In this document: in pieces, positions 48,312 to 58,026 of the stretch
How positions within the stretch are numbered: position 1 is the stretch's first letter
Layout: the number at the start of each line of letters is the position of its first letter
Position numbers and translations under genes: made by a program
Assembly (NCBI GenBank): GCA_023144635.1
Contig: JAGLFH010000030.1
Span: 18,386 to 82,385, forward strand
DNA length: 64,000 nt
Source: Candidatus Auribacterota bacterium
GTDB taxonomy: Bacteria; Auribacterota; JAFGBW01; JAFGJP01
Direction of reading: 5' to 3'
The notes under the pieces: generated by a model
What the model saw: the letters and a program-made list of their open reading frames with translations, nothing else
Told to the model about the DNA's origin: nothing
The model's database searches: none

Positions 48312-49928
48312 TTGAAAAAAGTTTTTTTAATACTTTTATTGCTTCTCATAATCGGAAAAGCGACTGCTGGAAAAACAGGATTAGTCGTTACCGGAGAAAA
48401 GATCATTCCTCAGAAAAACACCCGGCCTCCAGAATTTCCTTTTGAGTCTTTTGATGAGAAGAATTTCTATAAAAGATTACTAAAAGATATAAATTCCGTT
48501 TCAGTTTATAGAAGCGGGTTAAAAAAATCATTGGAATATGTGTATTCTAAGCCAGACATATTTCCAGAGTTTGCATTGAACGAACTGAAGATGCTTACGA
48601 AAGACCAGAAGAAAGTCTTAAAAAGCACATGGGGAAGCGTACTTGATTATATTTTTACTCTTGGAATGCTTGAAGAGTATTACAATGATTTTATTCTTAT
48701 AGAGAACAAAAAACAAAACGTGAACGCTTTTCTTGTTGTTTATGCATCTTTTCTTTCACAATACAGGTTTGCAGTGGAGTTCATAGAACAGGCTGAAAAT
48801 AATCCAGGTATAGATATTGTTCTTAATGAGTCTATTGAGGAGCTGGGATTACCAGTTGGGACTTATGACCGTTTTAAAACCCGCTTCTTAAGTGCATCAA
48901 AAGCAGCAGAATTTGTGACTCTGGAAAGTATGTATCTTCAGTTGGATGAAATAGGTGATCTGTTTTTAAGAAGAGCTATTGAGACCGATACACAAAAGAT
49001 TTTGTTTATGGGTAAAGATACTGGTGGGATGCTAACGCTAAAAAATGGCATAAACCTCGTAAAAAAAATCGGGATGGAAGCGTGTTTTCCTCTTCAGAAA
49101 AGTGTTACTGATTGGATAGGGGATACAAAAATATACCGACAGGGTGTTTCACTTATTACTCCTTTACAGGTAGAATCGATTCTACCTCGTCTTCAACCCG
49201 GAGATATTTTGCTTGAAAGGCGTGAATGGTATCTCTCGAATGTAGGTCTTCCTGGCTTTTGGACTCATGCCGCTCTTTATGTTGGAACAATAGAAGAAAG
49301 AAAGGAATTTTTTAGAGACACAGAAGTATCTGAATGGGTAAAAGAAAATGGAATAGAAAGTGGAGATTTTGAAACTCTTCTTTCCCAAAAATGTTCTAAA
49401 TGGTATAGATTAGGGCAACAACCTACTGAAGATGGACATATATTAAGGGTTTTAGAAGCTGTAAGAAGCGGGGTGAATTTTACTACAATTGAACATGCTG
49501 CTGATGTTGATTCGTTTGCTGTTCTCAGGCCTCGTCTCTCTAAAAAAGAAAAAGCAATAGCTATCTTTAGAGGATATAAATATTTAGGAACTCCTTATGA
49601 TTTTTATTTTGAGTTTTTATCAGATACTACGATAGTGTGTACAGAGCTTATTTATAAGGTATATGAACCTGAAGAAGGTTACAACGGCATTAGTTTTCCG
49701 CTTAGGGATGTGATGGGGCGTCTTCTTACAACAGCAAATATGATAGCAGAAAAATTTGATAAAAATTATGGTACAAAAGACCAACAGCTTGATATTGTTC
49801 TTTTCCTTGATGGTTTTGAGGATGAGAATAAGGCATATGAGTTGTCTGTCAATGAGTTTAGAGAAACATGGACACGACCGAAGTGGCATATACTGGTTCA
49901 AGATACCCCACCTATTAATAAACATTAA
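48312..49928 (+). CDS. secreted protein with C-terminal permuted papain-fold (YiiX/YaeF, C92-like) amidase domain
   Basis: Signal peptide; QPGDILLERREWYLSNVGLPGFWTHAALYVG and YKYLGTPYDFYFEFLSDTTIVCTELIYKVY match the circularly permuted NlpC/P60-like His...Cys arrangement; TTG start. Confidence 0.55.
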   Translation: MKKVFLILLLLLIIGKATAGKTGLVVTGEKIIPQKNTRPPEFPFESFDEKNFYKRLLKDINSVSVYRSGLKKSLEYVYSKPDIFPEFALNELKMLTKDQKKVLKSTWGSVLDYIFTLGMLEEYYNDFILIENKKQNVNAFLVVYASFLSQYRFAVEFIEQAENNPGIDIVLNESIEELGLPVGTYDRFKTRFLSASKAAEFVTLESMYLQLDEIGDLFLRRAIETDTQKILFMGKDTGGMLTLKNGINLVKKIGMEACFPLQKSVTDWIGDTKIYRQGVSLITPLQVESILPRLQPGDILLERREWYLSNVGLPGFWTHAALYVGTIEERKEFFRDTEVSEWVKENGIESGDFETLLSQKCSKWYRLGQQPTEDGHILRVLEAVRSGVNFTTIEHAADVDSFAVLRPRLSKKEKAIAIFRGYKYLGTPYDFYFEFLSDTTIVCTELIYKVYEPEEGYNGISFPLRDVMGRLLTTANMIAEKFDKNYGTKDQQLDIVLFLDGFEDENKAYELSVNEFRETWTRPKWHILVQDTPPINKH

Positions 49929-49932
49929 AAGT

Positions 49933-50092
49933 GAAAATTTCCGCCAAAGGCGGATCCGCCTCGGGCGGAAAAAATGTTGGTCCTTCGACTCACTACATTC
50001 GCTCAGGATTTAAAAGCGCTGAAGCGCAATTATTTAAAGGTTATCACAGAGAAATAAGTAGGGGCGAATAATCATTCGCCCGTGAAAAAGCT
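49933..50092 (+). repeat. GC-rich structured intergenic repeat, copy B (same three modules in the same order as copy A)
   Basis: ccgccAAAGGCGGATccgccTCGGGCGgaa; aaagcgctGAAGCGCaat; AAGTAGGGGcgaataatcattcgcccGTGAAAAag. Confidence 0.5.
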
Positions 50093-50107
50093 GAAAAAAG
50101 TTAAATT

Positions 50108-50773
50108 ATGAACTCAATAAGAAACTTTGGTATTAAGCAAATATTAATATTTATTTTTATCCTTATCCTCTCAATTGCTTTTTCAGGTTGCCGTCATATA
50201 AGCAATAAAGAGAAGAAACTTGTAAAAATAAGCTCAGTTATATTTGACATAATTATTGATATTCGCTATGCAACAACAAATAATTTTACCGGCAAAAAAC
50301 TCTATTGTAATCCATATTGCTATCTCTTGTCTTCTACTGCAGATAAACTAAAGAATGTTCAAAGCGAGTTAACAGAGAAAGAATTATTTCTTAAAATCTA
50401 TGATGCCTACAGGCCGCTAAAAGTACAAAAAGAGATGTGGAAATATTTAGCAGATGAGCGTTATATAGCGAATCCTTTATATGCTAGCCATAGTCGTGGT
50501 GCAGCAGTTGATGTTACATTAGTTGATAAAAATGGTGTTGATCTTGATATGGGTACTGAGTTTGATGAATTTTCAAAAAAGTCTGCTCCTGGTTATTTTG
50601 GCTTTCCAACAGATATTTTATATAACCGGATTTTATTAAAAAAAGTAATGAAAAAACATGGTTTTATACAGAGTACAACTGAATGGTGGCATTTTTTTGA
50701 CAAGGATTGGAAAAAATACCCTATTCTAGATTTAGAAGACGCAGATCTTCGCAAATTAGAAGATGCAGATTAA
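50108..50773 (+). CDS. D-alanyl-D-alanine dipeptidase (VanX/DdpX, peptidase M15D)
   Basis: SHSRGAAVDVTLVD ... D...EWWHF zinc-binding/catalytic motifs; N-terminal lipoprotein-like signal (FSGCRH). Confidence 0.7.
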   Translation: MNSIRNFGIKQILIFIFILILSIAFSGCRHISNKEKKLVKISSVIFDIIIDIRYATTNNFTGKKLYCNPYCYLLSSTADKLKNVQSELTEKELFLKIYDAYRPLKVQKEMWKYLADERYIANPLYASHSRGAAVDVTLVDKNGVDLDMGTEFDEFSKKSAPGYFGFPTDILYNRILLKKVMKKHGFIQSTTEWWHFFDKDWKKYPILDLEDADLRKLEDAD

Positions 50774-50936
50774 CGCAGATTGGGGAAAAACGAGGGATGA
50801 AGGATGACCGCAAAAGCAGGCTATAGTCCCCGCATCTTTGTTTTGTTATACAAAACAGCAGGGGATTAACGCAGATAAAAATGATCAGAAAAAGTAAGTA
50901 GGGGTGCAAGGCCTTGCGTCTATGTGAAAATAAAAC
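50771..50936 (+). repeat. structured repeat region C: 10-bp direct repeats TAACGCAGAT flanking an 86-bp hairpin-rich segment, then an AAGTAGGGG-hairpin-GTGAAAA module
   Basis: TAACGCAGAT at 50771-50780 and 50867-50876; ccccgcatctttgttttgttatacaaaacagcagggg nested hairpin; aAGTAGGGGtgcaaggccttgcgtctatGTGAAAAtaaaa parallels copy B. Confidence 0.5.
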
Positions 50937-51079
50937 GTATGTATGGGTTGTGCTTGTCTTGTCCTGTTTTTTTTCTTTTAATTATTCAGCGAAGTGTTCC
51001 TTGAACCAGTTAACTTTTTAACCAATTAACTCTTCCCTTCCTACTTTTTACTTGATTCTTCTGTCCTCTGACTTTTGTT

Positions 51080-53509
51080 TTATTCTTTTGAGAAAACAGG
51101 ATCGTTTTTTTGAATATCGTGTATTTGATCAATAACAGCTATTTCAGCGATGGCGCCTTTAAGGCTTGGAAGCACCTGTATAATTTTAAATTGGTAGCTT
51201 TTTCCATCACCCTTTTTCACCCATACAGTATCACCCTTGTTTATCGTAGAAATAGTTTCAACATATATCCTTCCAAAATCCAGACCAACATCAGAAACTG
51301 TTCCAGATTGTACTAGAGCATTTCCAGCAGGTTCAACTTCTTCTTCCTTTTGAGGTGATGGAGCAGGAGTTGCTTCCACAACTGCAGCAGTTTCAGGTTG
51401 AGAGGAAACTGCTGTATCTACGAGAACTGGTATTTCAACTGTAGTATCAACATTTGTTCTTTCAACAGGGATACCTTCTAAAACTGTAATGCTTTGCTGC
51501 TCTGCGCTTCTGGCTTCAATGCTGGATATGACTTCATTATATGATTTTCGAAGAGATTCTTTTTCTTTTTCTATCTCTGATCTTGCTAGTTCTTGAACCT
51601 GTTTAATTATAAGATTAGCATTATTTTTGATCTCTTGCTTTTCTTTTTCAAGTGTTTCATACCTGTTTTTTACATTATCAAGGTCAGCTACGGCTGTTTG
51701 CTTTTCTTGAAAAGCTTTATCTATTTCTGTTTTAAGTGAAAGTTTTTCGCTGGAAAGAGTTTTTATTGTGGAATCTTTTTCCTGCAATTTAGCCTGCATC
51801 TTCATGAGATCTTCTTTATAAAGATCTATTATAGCAGCACGTGCAGCTGCAGAATTTGCTACAGATATTTTTTCATTATCAATAGTAGAAGTTTCCATGT
51901 TTTCCTGCATGGCTTCAGAAACAATTCCTACTATCAGCTCTTCTTTTTCTGCATCTCTTATTCTGCGGGTGTCACCAATTTGTTCAGCCAGAAGTTCATT
52001 TTCGTGTTTTATTACAGCTTTTTCTCTAAAAGCAAGTTCTGCTTTTTCTTCCAAAGCCAAATTAGTAAGCTCAAGAGACTTTATTTTTTCTTTTAGTAGC
52101 TTAATGTTTTTTCCTAATTTTTTCTTTTCTATAGTAATTGAAGCCAATTTGTCGCTTGATGAAGAGATAATAGTCGAAAGACTTTGTTTTTCCAAATCAA
52201 ATTCTTTTCTCATTACAGATGCCTGATCGGCCATTTCCTCCTTAAGACCAGCTGTTTCATTTTTCAGTGTTGTTATCTTTTCATTCTTGAGAGTATCCTG
52301 TTCCTGGATCTTTGCAAATTTATTTTGCCTTTGACTGTCTTTTTTAAGTAGTTCTTCGCTTTGTGAAGAGAGGTTACCTATTTCGTTTTTAAGGGTTTCT
52401 ATCTGATTGCGGAATTTACGCATTAACGCAGTTTTTTCTTCCAGATAAGTTTTTTCTTTTAAATTCAGTTTTTCTTCGATTCTTTTATCAGCCTTTTGCT
52501 CTGCTGCAAAAAGATCTTCACGAGTTTTTGCAACGTCTTTTTTAAAATTCTTGATTTGCAAAGCATGTCTTTGTTCAAGAGAAGAGTAATCTCTTTTTAA
52601 TGCCAGTATCTGTGCTCTATAATGGCCTTCCATATTTTCTTTTTCTTCTGCGTGCTGTTTTTCAAGCTTTTCTATTGTTTCATTAAATGTAAGTTGTGCT
52701 TCTCTATCTTTTTCAAGCTTGTTTTCCTTGAGGTAAGAAATATCATTTTTAAGAGATGCTATTTCTGCATTGTACTTCTTTTTAAGAGAAGATATTTCAT
52801 CTTCATAAAGTTTTTCATTTTCATCGATTACCGATCTTATCTTTTTTGAAGTCTCATTTTCTTTTTCAAAGAGTTTGCTTTTTACGGAATTTATTTCTTC
52901 CCTAAGAGCACGGATGGTTGTTTGCCTTTCGCTTAAATTTTCTTTATTGCTTTCTTTGGATCTTGTTAGTGAATCTATGTTTTGCTGCAGTTTAAATTTA
53001 TTTTGTTCAAGTTCTTCTATTCTAAGTGAAAGGCCATTTATTTTTTCCTCAAAAAAATTGACTTGTTTTGTGTAAGATACTTCTATATCCTGTTTTTCAT
53101 TCTCAAAGTTATCTTCCATTTTATCTTTAAGGGTTTGTAGAGCTTCAATTGCTGCTTTTTTGCTGTATTCGTATGATTCATCAGGAAGAGCACCTGCATT
53201 TTCAGGAATAGGAACTGATCGGAGTAATTTGGCATATTTTTTAAAAAAACCACTTCTTTCAAGAATCTCGACTTCTTCAGTAGTTACATTTGATATGTTC
53301 TGTATTCTCTTGATCGGGAATTCTATCTCACCAAAATTGTAACGTAAAATAATAGATGAATCATTTGCAGACCCTATAATACCTTCAAGGACTTTCCCGT
53401 TCTTTAATTCAATAGTTGCTGGATAAGATGAAAAAAGCGGGAACAAAACTAATATACAGGTAAAAGCGAATAGAACAGAAATAGAAGAAAACCTAATTTT
53501 TTTCATCAT
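51080..53509 (-). CDS. membrane-anchored long coiled-coil protein (809 aa), function unknown
   Basis: N-terminal signal/anchor; small beta-rich N-domain; ~550 aa of heptad-rich coiled coil (E/K/L-rich); Pro/Ala-rich linker; ~90-aa C-terminal beta domain. Confidence 0.55.
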   Translation of the reverse strand: MMKKIRFSSISVLFAFTCILVLFPLFSSYPATIELKNGKVLEGIIGSANDSSIILRYNFGEIEFPIKRIQNISNVTTEEVEILERSGFFKKYAKLLRSVPIPENAGALPDESYEYSKKAAIEALQTLKDKMEDNFENEKQDIEVSYTKQVNFFEEKINGLSLRIEELEQNKFKLQQNIDSLTRSKESNKENLSERQTTIRALREEINSVKSKLFEKENETSKKIRSVIDENEKLYEDEISSLKKKYNAEIASLKNDISYLKENKLEKDREAQLTFNETIEKLEKQHAEEKENMEGHYRAQILALKRDYSSLEQRHALQIKNFKKDVAKTREDLFAAEQKADKRIEEKLNLKEKTYLEEKTALMRKFRNQIETLKNEIGNLSSQSEELLKKDSQRQNKFAKIQEQDTLKNEKITTLKNETAGLKEEMADQASVMRKEFDLEKQSLSTIISSSSDKLASITIEKKKLGKNIKLLKEKIKSLELTNLALEEKAELAFREKAVIKHENELLAEQIGDTRRIRDAEKEELIVGIVSEAMQENMETSTIDNEKISVANSAAARAAIIDLYKEDLMKMQAKLQEKDSTIKTLSSEKLSLKTEIDKAFQEKQTAVADLDNVKNRYETLEKEKQEIKNNANLIIKQVQELARSEIEKEKESLRKSYNEVISSIEARSAEQQSITVLEGIPVERTNVDTTVEIPVLVDTAVSSQPETAAVVEATPAPSPQKEEEVEPAGNALVQSGTVSDVGLDFGRIYVETISTINKGDTVWVKKGDGKSYQFKIIQVLPSLKGAIAEIAVIDQIHDIQKNDPVFSKE

Positions 53510-53771
53510 GACCTCTCTTTTAGCAGATTACTGAGATTATCGAAAAGCATATATTGTGCCATTACAAAGGGGCTTGAAATCTGGTGTAAAATTAACGGCT
53601 TAAAATTAATAAACTACTATTAACAAGTAAGTTACAATAATAAGTCTGTTCAAAGTATTAAAAGTCTATATTATATATATATGGAACTTTTTTCCTAATA
53701 AACTGCTATAATTGCTGTTTTAGTTAGTACGCCGGAGGTGTTTCAGGCAATTGGCTATTATCTTTTAATAA

Positions 53772-54584
53772 TTATTTTATTGATAAAGCGCCGTATCCTA
53801 CAACTTCAGTATTGTTGCCGGTTACATCTCCGCTTGTTCCATAAGCTATTAATGTGCCTTTACTTGCACCAAGAGCTTTAGCTGTAAGTAAAGTAACGTA
53901 TACAGGAGGAAGGCCGCACATCGAAATATCTCTATTATGTACTTCATCCCATAATTTATCTTCATCAAGTTCTTCTATTGCTTTAAAACAGATATTGTCC
54001 TTTTCTTTAGCAGAATCTGCAGGTACATAGTGTGAAAAATCAGTACTTGCTACAATAAGTGTTTTTTCTTGGGTTTCCTTTATTGTCTCAGCAAGTGCTA
54101 AAGCAAACTCTTTAAGGTTTTCCGGTCGATGTTCAGATATAGCAACTGGTATTATCTTTAAATTGTTTTTATCTTTGCAAGTATATTGTAAAAAAGGTAA
54201 CTGAACCTCAATGGAATGTTCGTAGAGATGTGCATTGATATCTGATTTTGCAGGAGATGCTTTTTCAATCAATGAAGCAGTAAATTCTTCATTAATTTTT
54301 ACTTGTCCGTATGGAGTGATCCATGCTCCTTTTTCAAATACAGATATTGTAGTACCTCTACCTGTATGATTTGGACCAAGAATCACGATATTGTCAGGAA
54401 CCACAACTGAAGTATATGCTTTAGCAGCTATTTTACCGGAGTAAGGATAACCTGCATGAGGTGCAATAATAGCAATTGCTTCTTCAGCTTCTTCAGAATT
54501 TATTATTATAGATGAAAAAAAACTGTCAAGGTCACTTGCCCGTGAAGGATAAAATTGTCCGGCAACGATTGATTCTCGTATCAT
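53772..54584 (-). CDS. AmmeMemoRadiSam system protein B (MEMO1-like dioxygenase fold)
   Basis: MIRESIVAGQFYP ... IIAPHAGYPYSGKIAA ... ILGPNHTG motifs of the Memo family. Confidence 0.75.
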   Translation of the reverse strand: MIRESIVAGQFYPSRASDLDSFFSSIIINSEEAEEAIAIIAPHAGYPYSGKIAAKAYTSVVVPDNIVILGPNHTGRGTTISVFEKGAWITPYGQVKINEEFTASLIEKASPAKSDINAHLYEHSIEVQLPFLQYTCKDKNNLKIIPVAISEHRPENLKEFALALAETIKETQEKTLIVASTDFSHYVPADSAKEKDNICFKAIEELDEDKLWDEVHNRDISMCGLPPVYVTLLTAKALGASKGTLIAYGTSGDVTGNNTEVVGYGALSIK

Positions 54585-54673
54585 GATATGTTCCTCCTGA
54601 ATAGTTTTTTTGTCTTCCGCTTAAAAACTATTAAATTTTTATAATAAGTTATTGTAAAAGCTAAAAACTATCA

Positions 54674-55378
54674 CTATTTTTTTTCATTTTTAATAGTAAT
54701 ATTTTGTATTCCTTCCCATTTTTTTATTATAGCTATGATCTTATCTAATTCCAGCGGTTTGAACCAGCTAAGACGAAAATCAAGGCAATATTTTTTATTT
54801 TCAAGATTACAGCTGTAGTCGATCTCATTTATAATAATATGGTATTTTTCAAATTCTTTGTATATGAAGTTTGTGTCGTTTATAAGTTTGTCAAATGTTA
54901 GTCTGACAATAGCTGTGCTTTTGATGTTTTTCATGTTTTTTTCAATAATATCTAAAATTGTTATTGTGAAAAAAACAGCAAGAGTTGTTACGGCGGCTGG
55001 AACAAAAAACCCTGCGCCTATCGTAAGGCCTATTATTGCAGAAGTCCATAATCCTGCAGCAGTTGTAAGGCCTCTTATTGATACTCCAAAACGAAGTATG
55101 GCTCCTGCACCTAAAAAACCTATTCCGCTTATAACTTGAGCCGGTATTCTTGAGACATTCATGTTAGGATACATTTCTTGAAGATAAAAAGAAAGACTCA
55201 TGGCAAGCATGGCCCCTATTGTTAGGATTATATGTGTTCTAAGTCCTGCAGCCTGTCCCTTTCTTTCTCGTTCAAGGCCGAGTAATCCTCCCAAAAAACA
55301 GCAGAGCAACAGCTTATATATAAAAATAGAAAAACTATTTTCAGATAAAAACGTTAAAGAGTTTAATAAATGATCCAT
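54674..55378 (-). CDS. mgtC: MgtC/SapB-family membrane protein with C-terminal ACT-like domain
   Basis: FLGGLLGLERERKGQAAGLRTHIIL signature; 4-5 TM then soluble C-domain. Confidence 0.7.
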   Translation of the reverse strand: MDHLLNSLTFLSENSFSIFIYKLLLCCFLGGLLGLERERKGQAAGLRTHIILTIGAMLAMSLSFYLQEMYPNMNVSRIPAQVISGIGFLGAGAILRFGVSIRGLTTAAGLWTSAIIGLTIGAGFFVPAAVTTLAVFFTITILDIIEKNMKNIKSTAIVRLTFDKLINDTNFIYKEFEKYHIIINEIDYSCNLENKKYCLDFRLSWFKPLELDKIIAIIKKWEGIQNITIKNEKK

Positions 55379-55872
55379 ACATATTCCTTTCCCGGTAACT
55401 TAATAATCTAATGAGTAATAAAACAAAATGCAAGTAATTTATTATATGTTTTATCTTTAAAGATGTATAAGAAGATTATCTGATTTTACATGTTTTTCTT
55501 TTTTTGTAAAACTTGTTTTTTATATTAAAAATTATCAATTTATAGTAAAATTTATATAATTAGCCTGAATATTTCACAAGCTAAGTATGCTACAGATGCA
55601 AGGCATCAAATTCGCAGCTGTATTAACATACTGCAAGAGTTTGATAACGAGGCATATGTGGCATCCTCCACAAAGCTCTGGCGGATCTTTGATAATCAGC
55701 TTACCTAAAGGTAAAAAACACTGAAAAAATATTCTATTTCCTTATAAAAAATAAAGGTGACAAAATGTAACCAAACGATTCTTTTTTTTCTTTGTAATTT
55801 ACCGGTTATAAAATAGTTAAAAACTCTCTTCGGTGGTTTTTATGAAATTTTCAGGTTAATAGGAGTGATGTC

Positions 55873-56376
55873 ATGACGGATGAAAATATGGATAAAAAAG
55901 TTTCTCTTCAGAATATTTTAAAAGGCTATGGATTTGAAGATAAGTATTTATATCTTCTTGATGTTGTGCCACTTATTGAGATTGCCTGGGCTGATGGAAT
56001 AATACAAGTTGGGGAATTGGGACTCATTAAAGAGTTTATTGTAAAACACATCGAAAATATTAATAAAGGAGCTGGCGTTTCTGTTATATCACGTGATGAA
56101 GGAGTAGAATTTATCGAAAGATTTACAGTTAAACGTCCTGACCCTGAATTAATGAAAGTCCTGAGATCTATGGTAGTACCTTTGCGTTTGCAAAGTGCAG
56201 AGGCCTCAAAAAATACAGAGCAAAAACTTAATATCTTAAAATTTTGTATGGATATTGCTGCAAGCAGTGTTATTGAATATCCTTATGGCTCTCATGAACG
56301 TTTTTGTGATGATGAGAAAGCAATATTTCTTGAGATCATGAAAAATCTCGGCATCTCTCCGACAAAGATTGTTTAG
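55873..56376 (+). CDS. TerB-like (tellurite-resistance TerB/DjlA-N family) protein, function unknown
   Basis: IAWADGIIQVGELGLIKEF resembles the ADGxxxxxE core of TerB-like domains. Confidence 0.35.
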   Translation: MTDENMDKKVSLQNILKGYGFEDKYLYLLDVVPLIEIAWADGIIQVGELGLIKEFIVKHIENINKGAGVSVISRDEGVEFIERFTVKRPDPELMKVLRSMVVPLRLQSAEASKNTEQKLNILKFCMDIAASSVIEYPYGSHERFCDDEKAIFLEIMKNLGISPTKIV

Positions 56377-56519
56377 AAGAATCACTTTTGTTCCAGAATA
56401 CACCGGTCAGGATCTGTCTGAAGCAAATTTATTTTTATTCTGTCTGAATCTTTGTGCTTTTGGTTTCTGCATCACTCATCTTATTTTGTTTGCTGTTTGA
56501 GGTTCCTCAACTTCACATT

Positions 56520-57990
56520 TTACATTTTTTTAATTTCTTTTTGTTCCCAGTTAAAAAAATAAATTACAAAAGCTACAACAAATATGCTCCATATAGCTGC
56601 AGAAATATAGTTTCCTTTGATTATCCCGTAAAAAGAAGAATAAGAAAATCCCACGATAATAAGGATTATTTCAATTATCTTTTCAGCAATAATATTTATG
56701 ATCATTGAAATAAATGGAAATATACTACCTGCAAAACATGAGAAAACACCCATCTGTATAACTATATATACGAATGGGACGACAAGCATATTTATAAGAG
56801 AAGCAAAAAGAGAACATTCTTGAAAATTAAAAAGAAGAACAGGGGCAGTAAAAAACCATGCAGAAAAACATATTGAAAAAGCGTTTAATATCTTGCGTAT
56901 AGTTCCTCTGTATAAGCCCAACTTTGTATTATTTTCTGGAATTATTGGAAAGATCAGTTTAATTTTGTTTGATATCCGTTTTCCCATTGTTGCAATACCT
57001 AAGACAGCTGCAAAGGAAAGCTGAAAACCGGCAGTAAAAATACTTGCTGGATTTATTAACAAAAATATAAGGCCGCATACTGCAAGAGCATTAAGAGTAT
57101 TGTAATCACGGTATATTTTTTTACTTATTATCATTATAAATAACATGGTAAATGCTCTTAAAGAGGAAGTGCGTGCTCCAGTGATAAAAAGGTAAAAAAG
57201 AGAAAACAACAGTTGCAAAATGAAGACCAGAAATGGAGAATATGTGGAATGTGCCTGTATCTTTGAATTGCTGTTTAATTCCACCGGATATGTTTTTTCT
57301 GTTACCTATAATAAGTGCGCTGTAAATATTCTGAGCCTCAATTTTTCTGAATCCTAAGAATAAAATATTTTCAAGGTGATCTCTTATCTTGTTTTTTGTT
57401 TTCATTAAAAGAGATTCTTTTCTTTTAATATCAAATAGTTTAATAGAATTTATTTTATTTACAAACACCAGCCCGCTTATTTTTTTTGATAAAAGTGTAA
57501 AGGAACGCATATCCATTACATCAAGAGCTTTTATCTTTCCTTTAAAAGATAAAAATCTTCTTTCATCTTTATCGATGAGTGAGCCGGTTGGTAAAATTGC
57601 CAGTAATTTCAGGTTTCCAGTTTCATGTAGGACTTTACCATACTTAATGCTTTCAGCTTGAATGAGTGCTTTAATGTTTTTATCGGTTGAAGAACAGGAA
57701 ATAATATAACCTTCAATATGAGCTGTTACATTTTCTTGTGGGAGGATATTTTTAATGAATTTATTCTTGATATGAAAATAATATTCAGTGTAAAAAACAG
57801 ACAAAAGAAAAAGAGTAAAAAGGATTATAGACCTAAAACCTTTTTTAATTGCAACATAATATATAACTTGGAATGTGATCAGAATAAAAAACACGATACT
57901 ATATATGGCAGGTGCTTTTATTAATAAAAAGCCCGTTATAGAACCTAAGGTGAAAATAAAAAAAGCGGCAAGTGCCGGAAAGCGCTCCAT
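56520..57990 (-). pseudogene. comEC: ComEC/Rec2-family DNA internalisation channel protein, split by a frameshift in the 57121..57284 overlap
   Basis: ORF 57990..57121 has an N-terminal polytopic region and the ISGLHF competence motif; ORF 57284..56520 in another frame continues with GFQLSFAAVLGIATM; the two overlap by 164 nt and the overlap contains A5-6 runs. Confidence 0.5.
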
Positions 57991-58026
57991 AGAAAATAAC
58001 TGATTTCTTTACTATTTATTTAAAGC

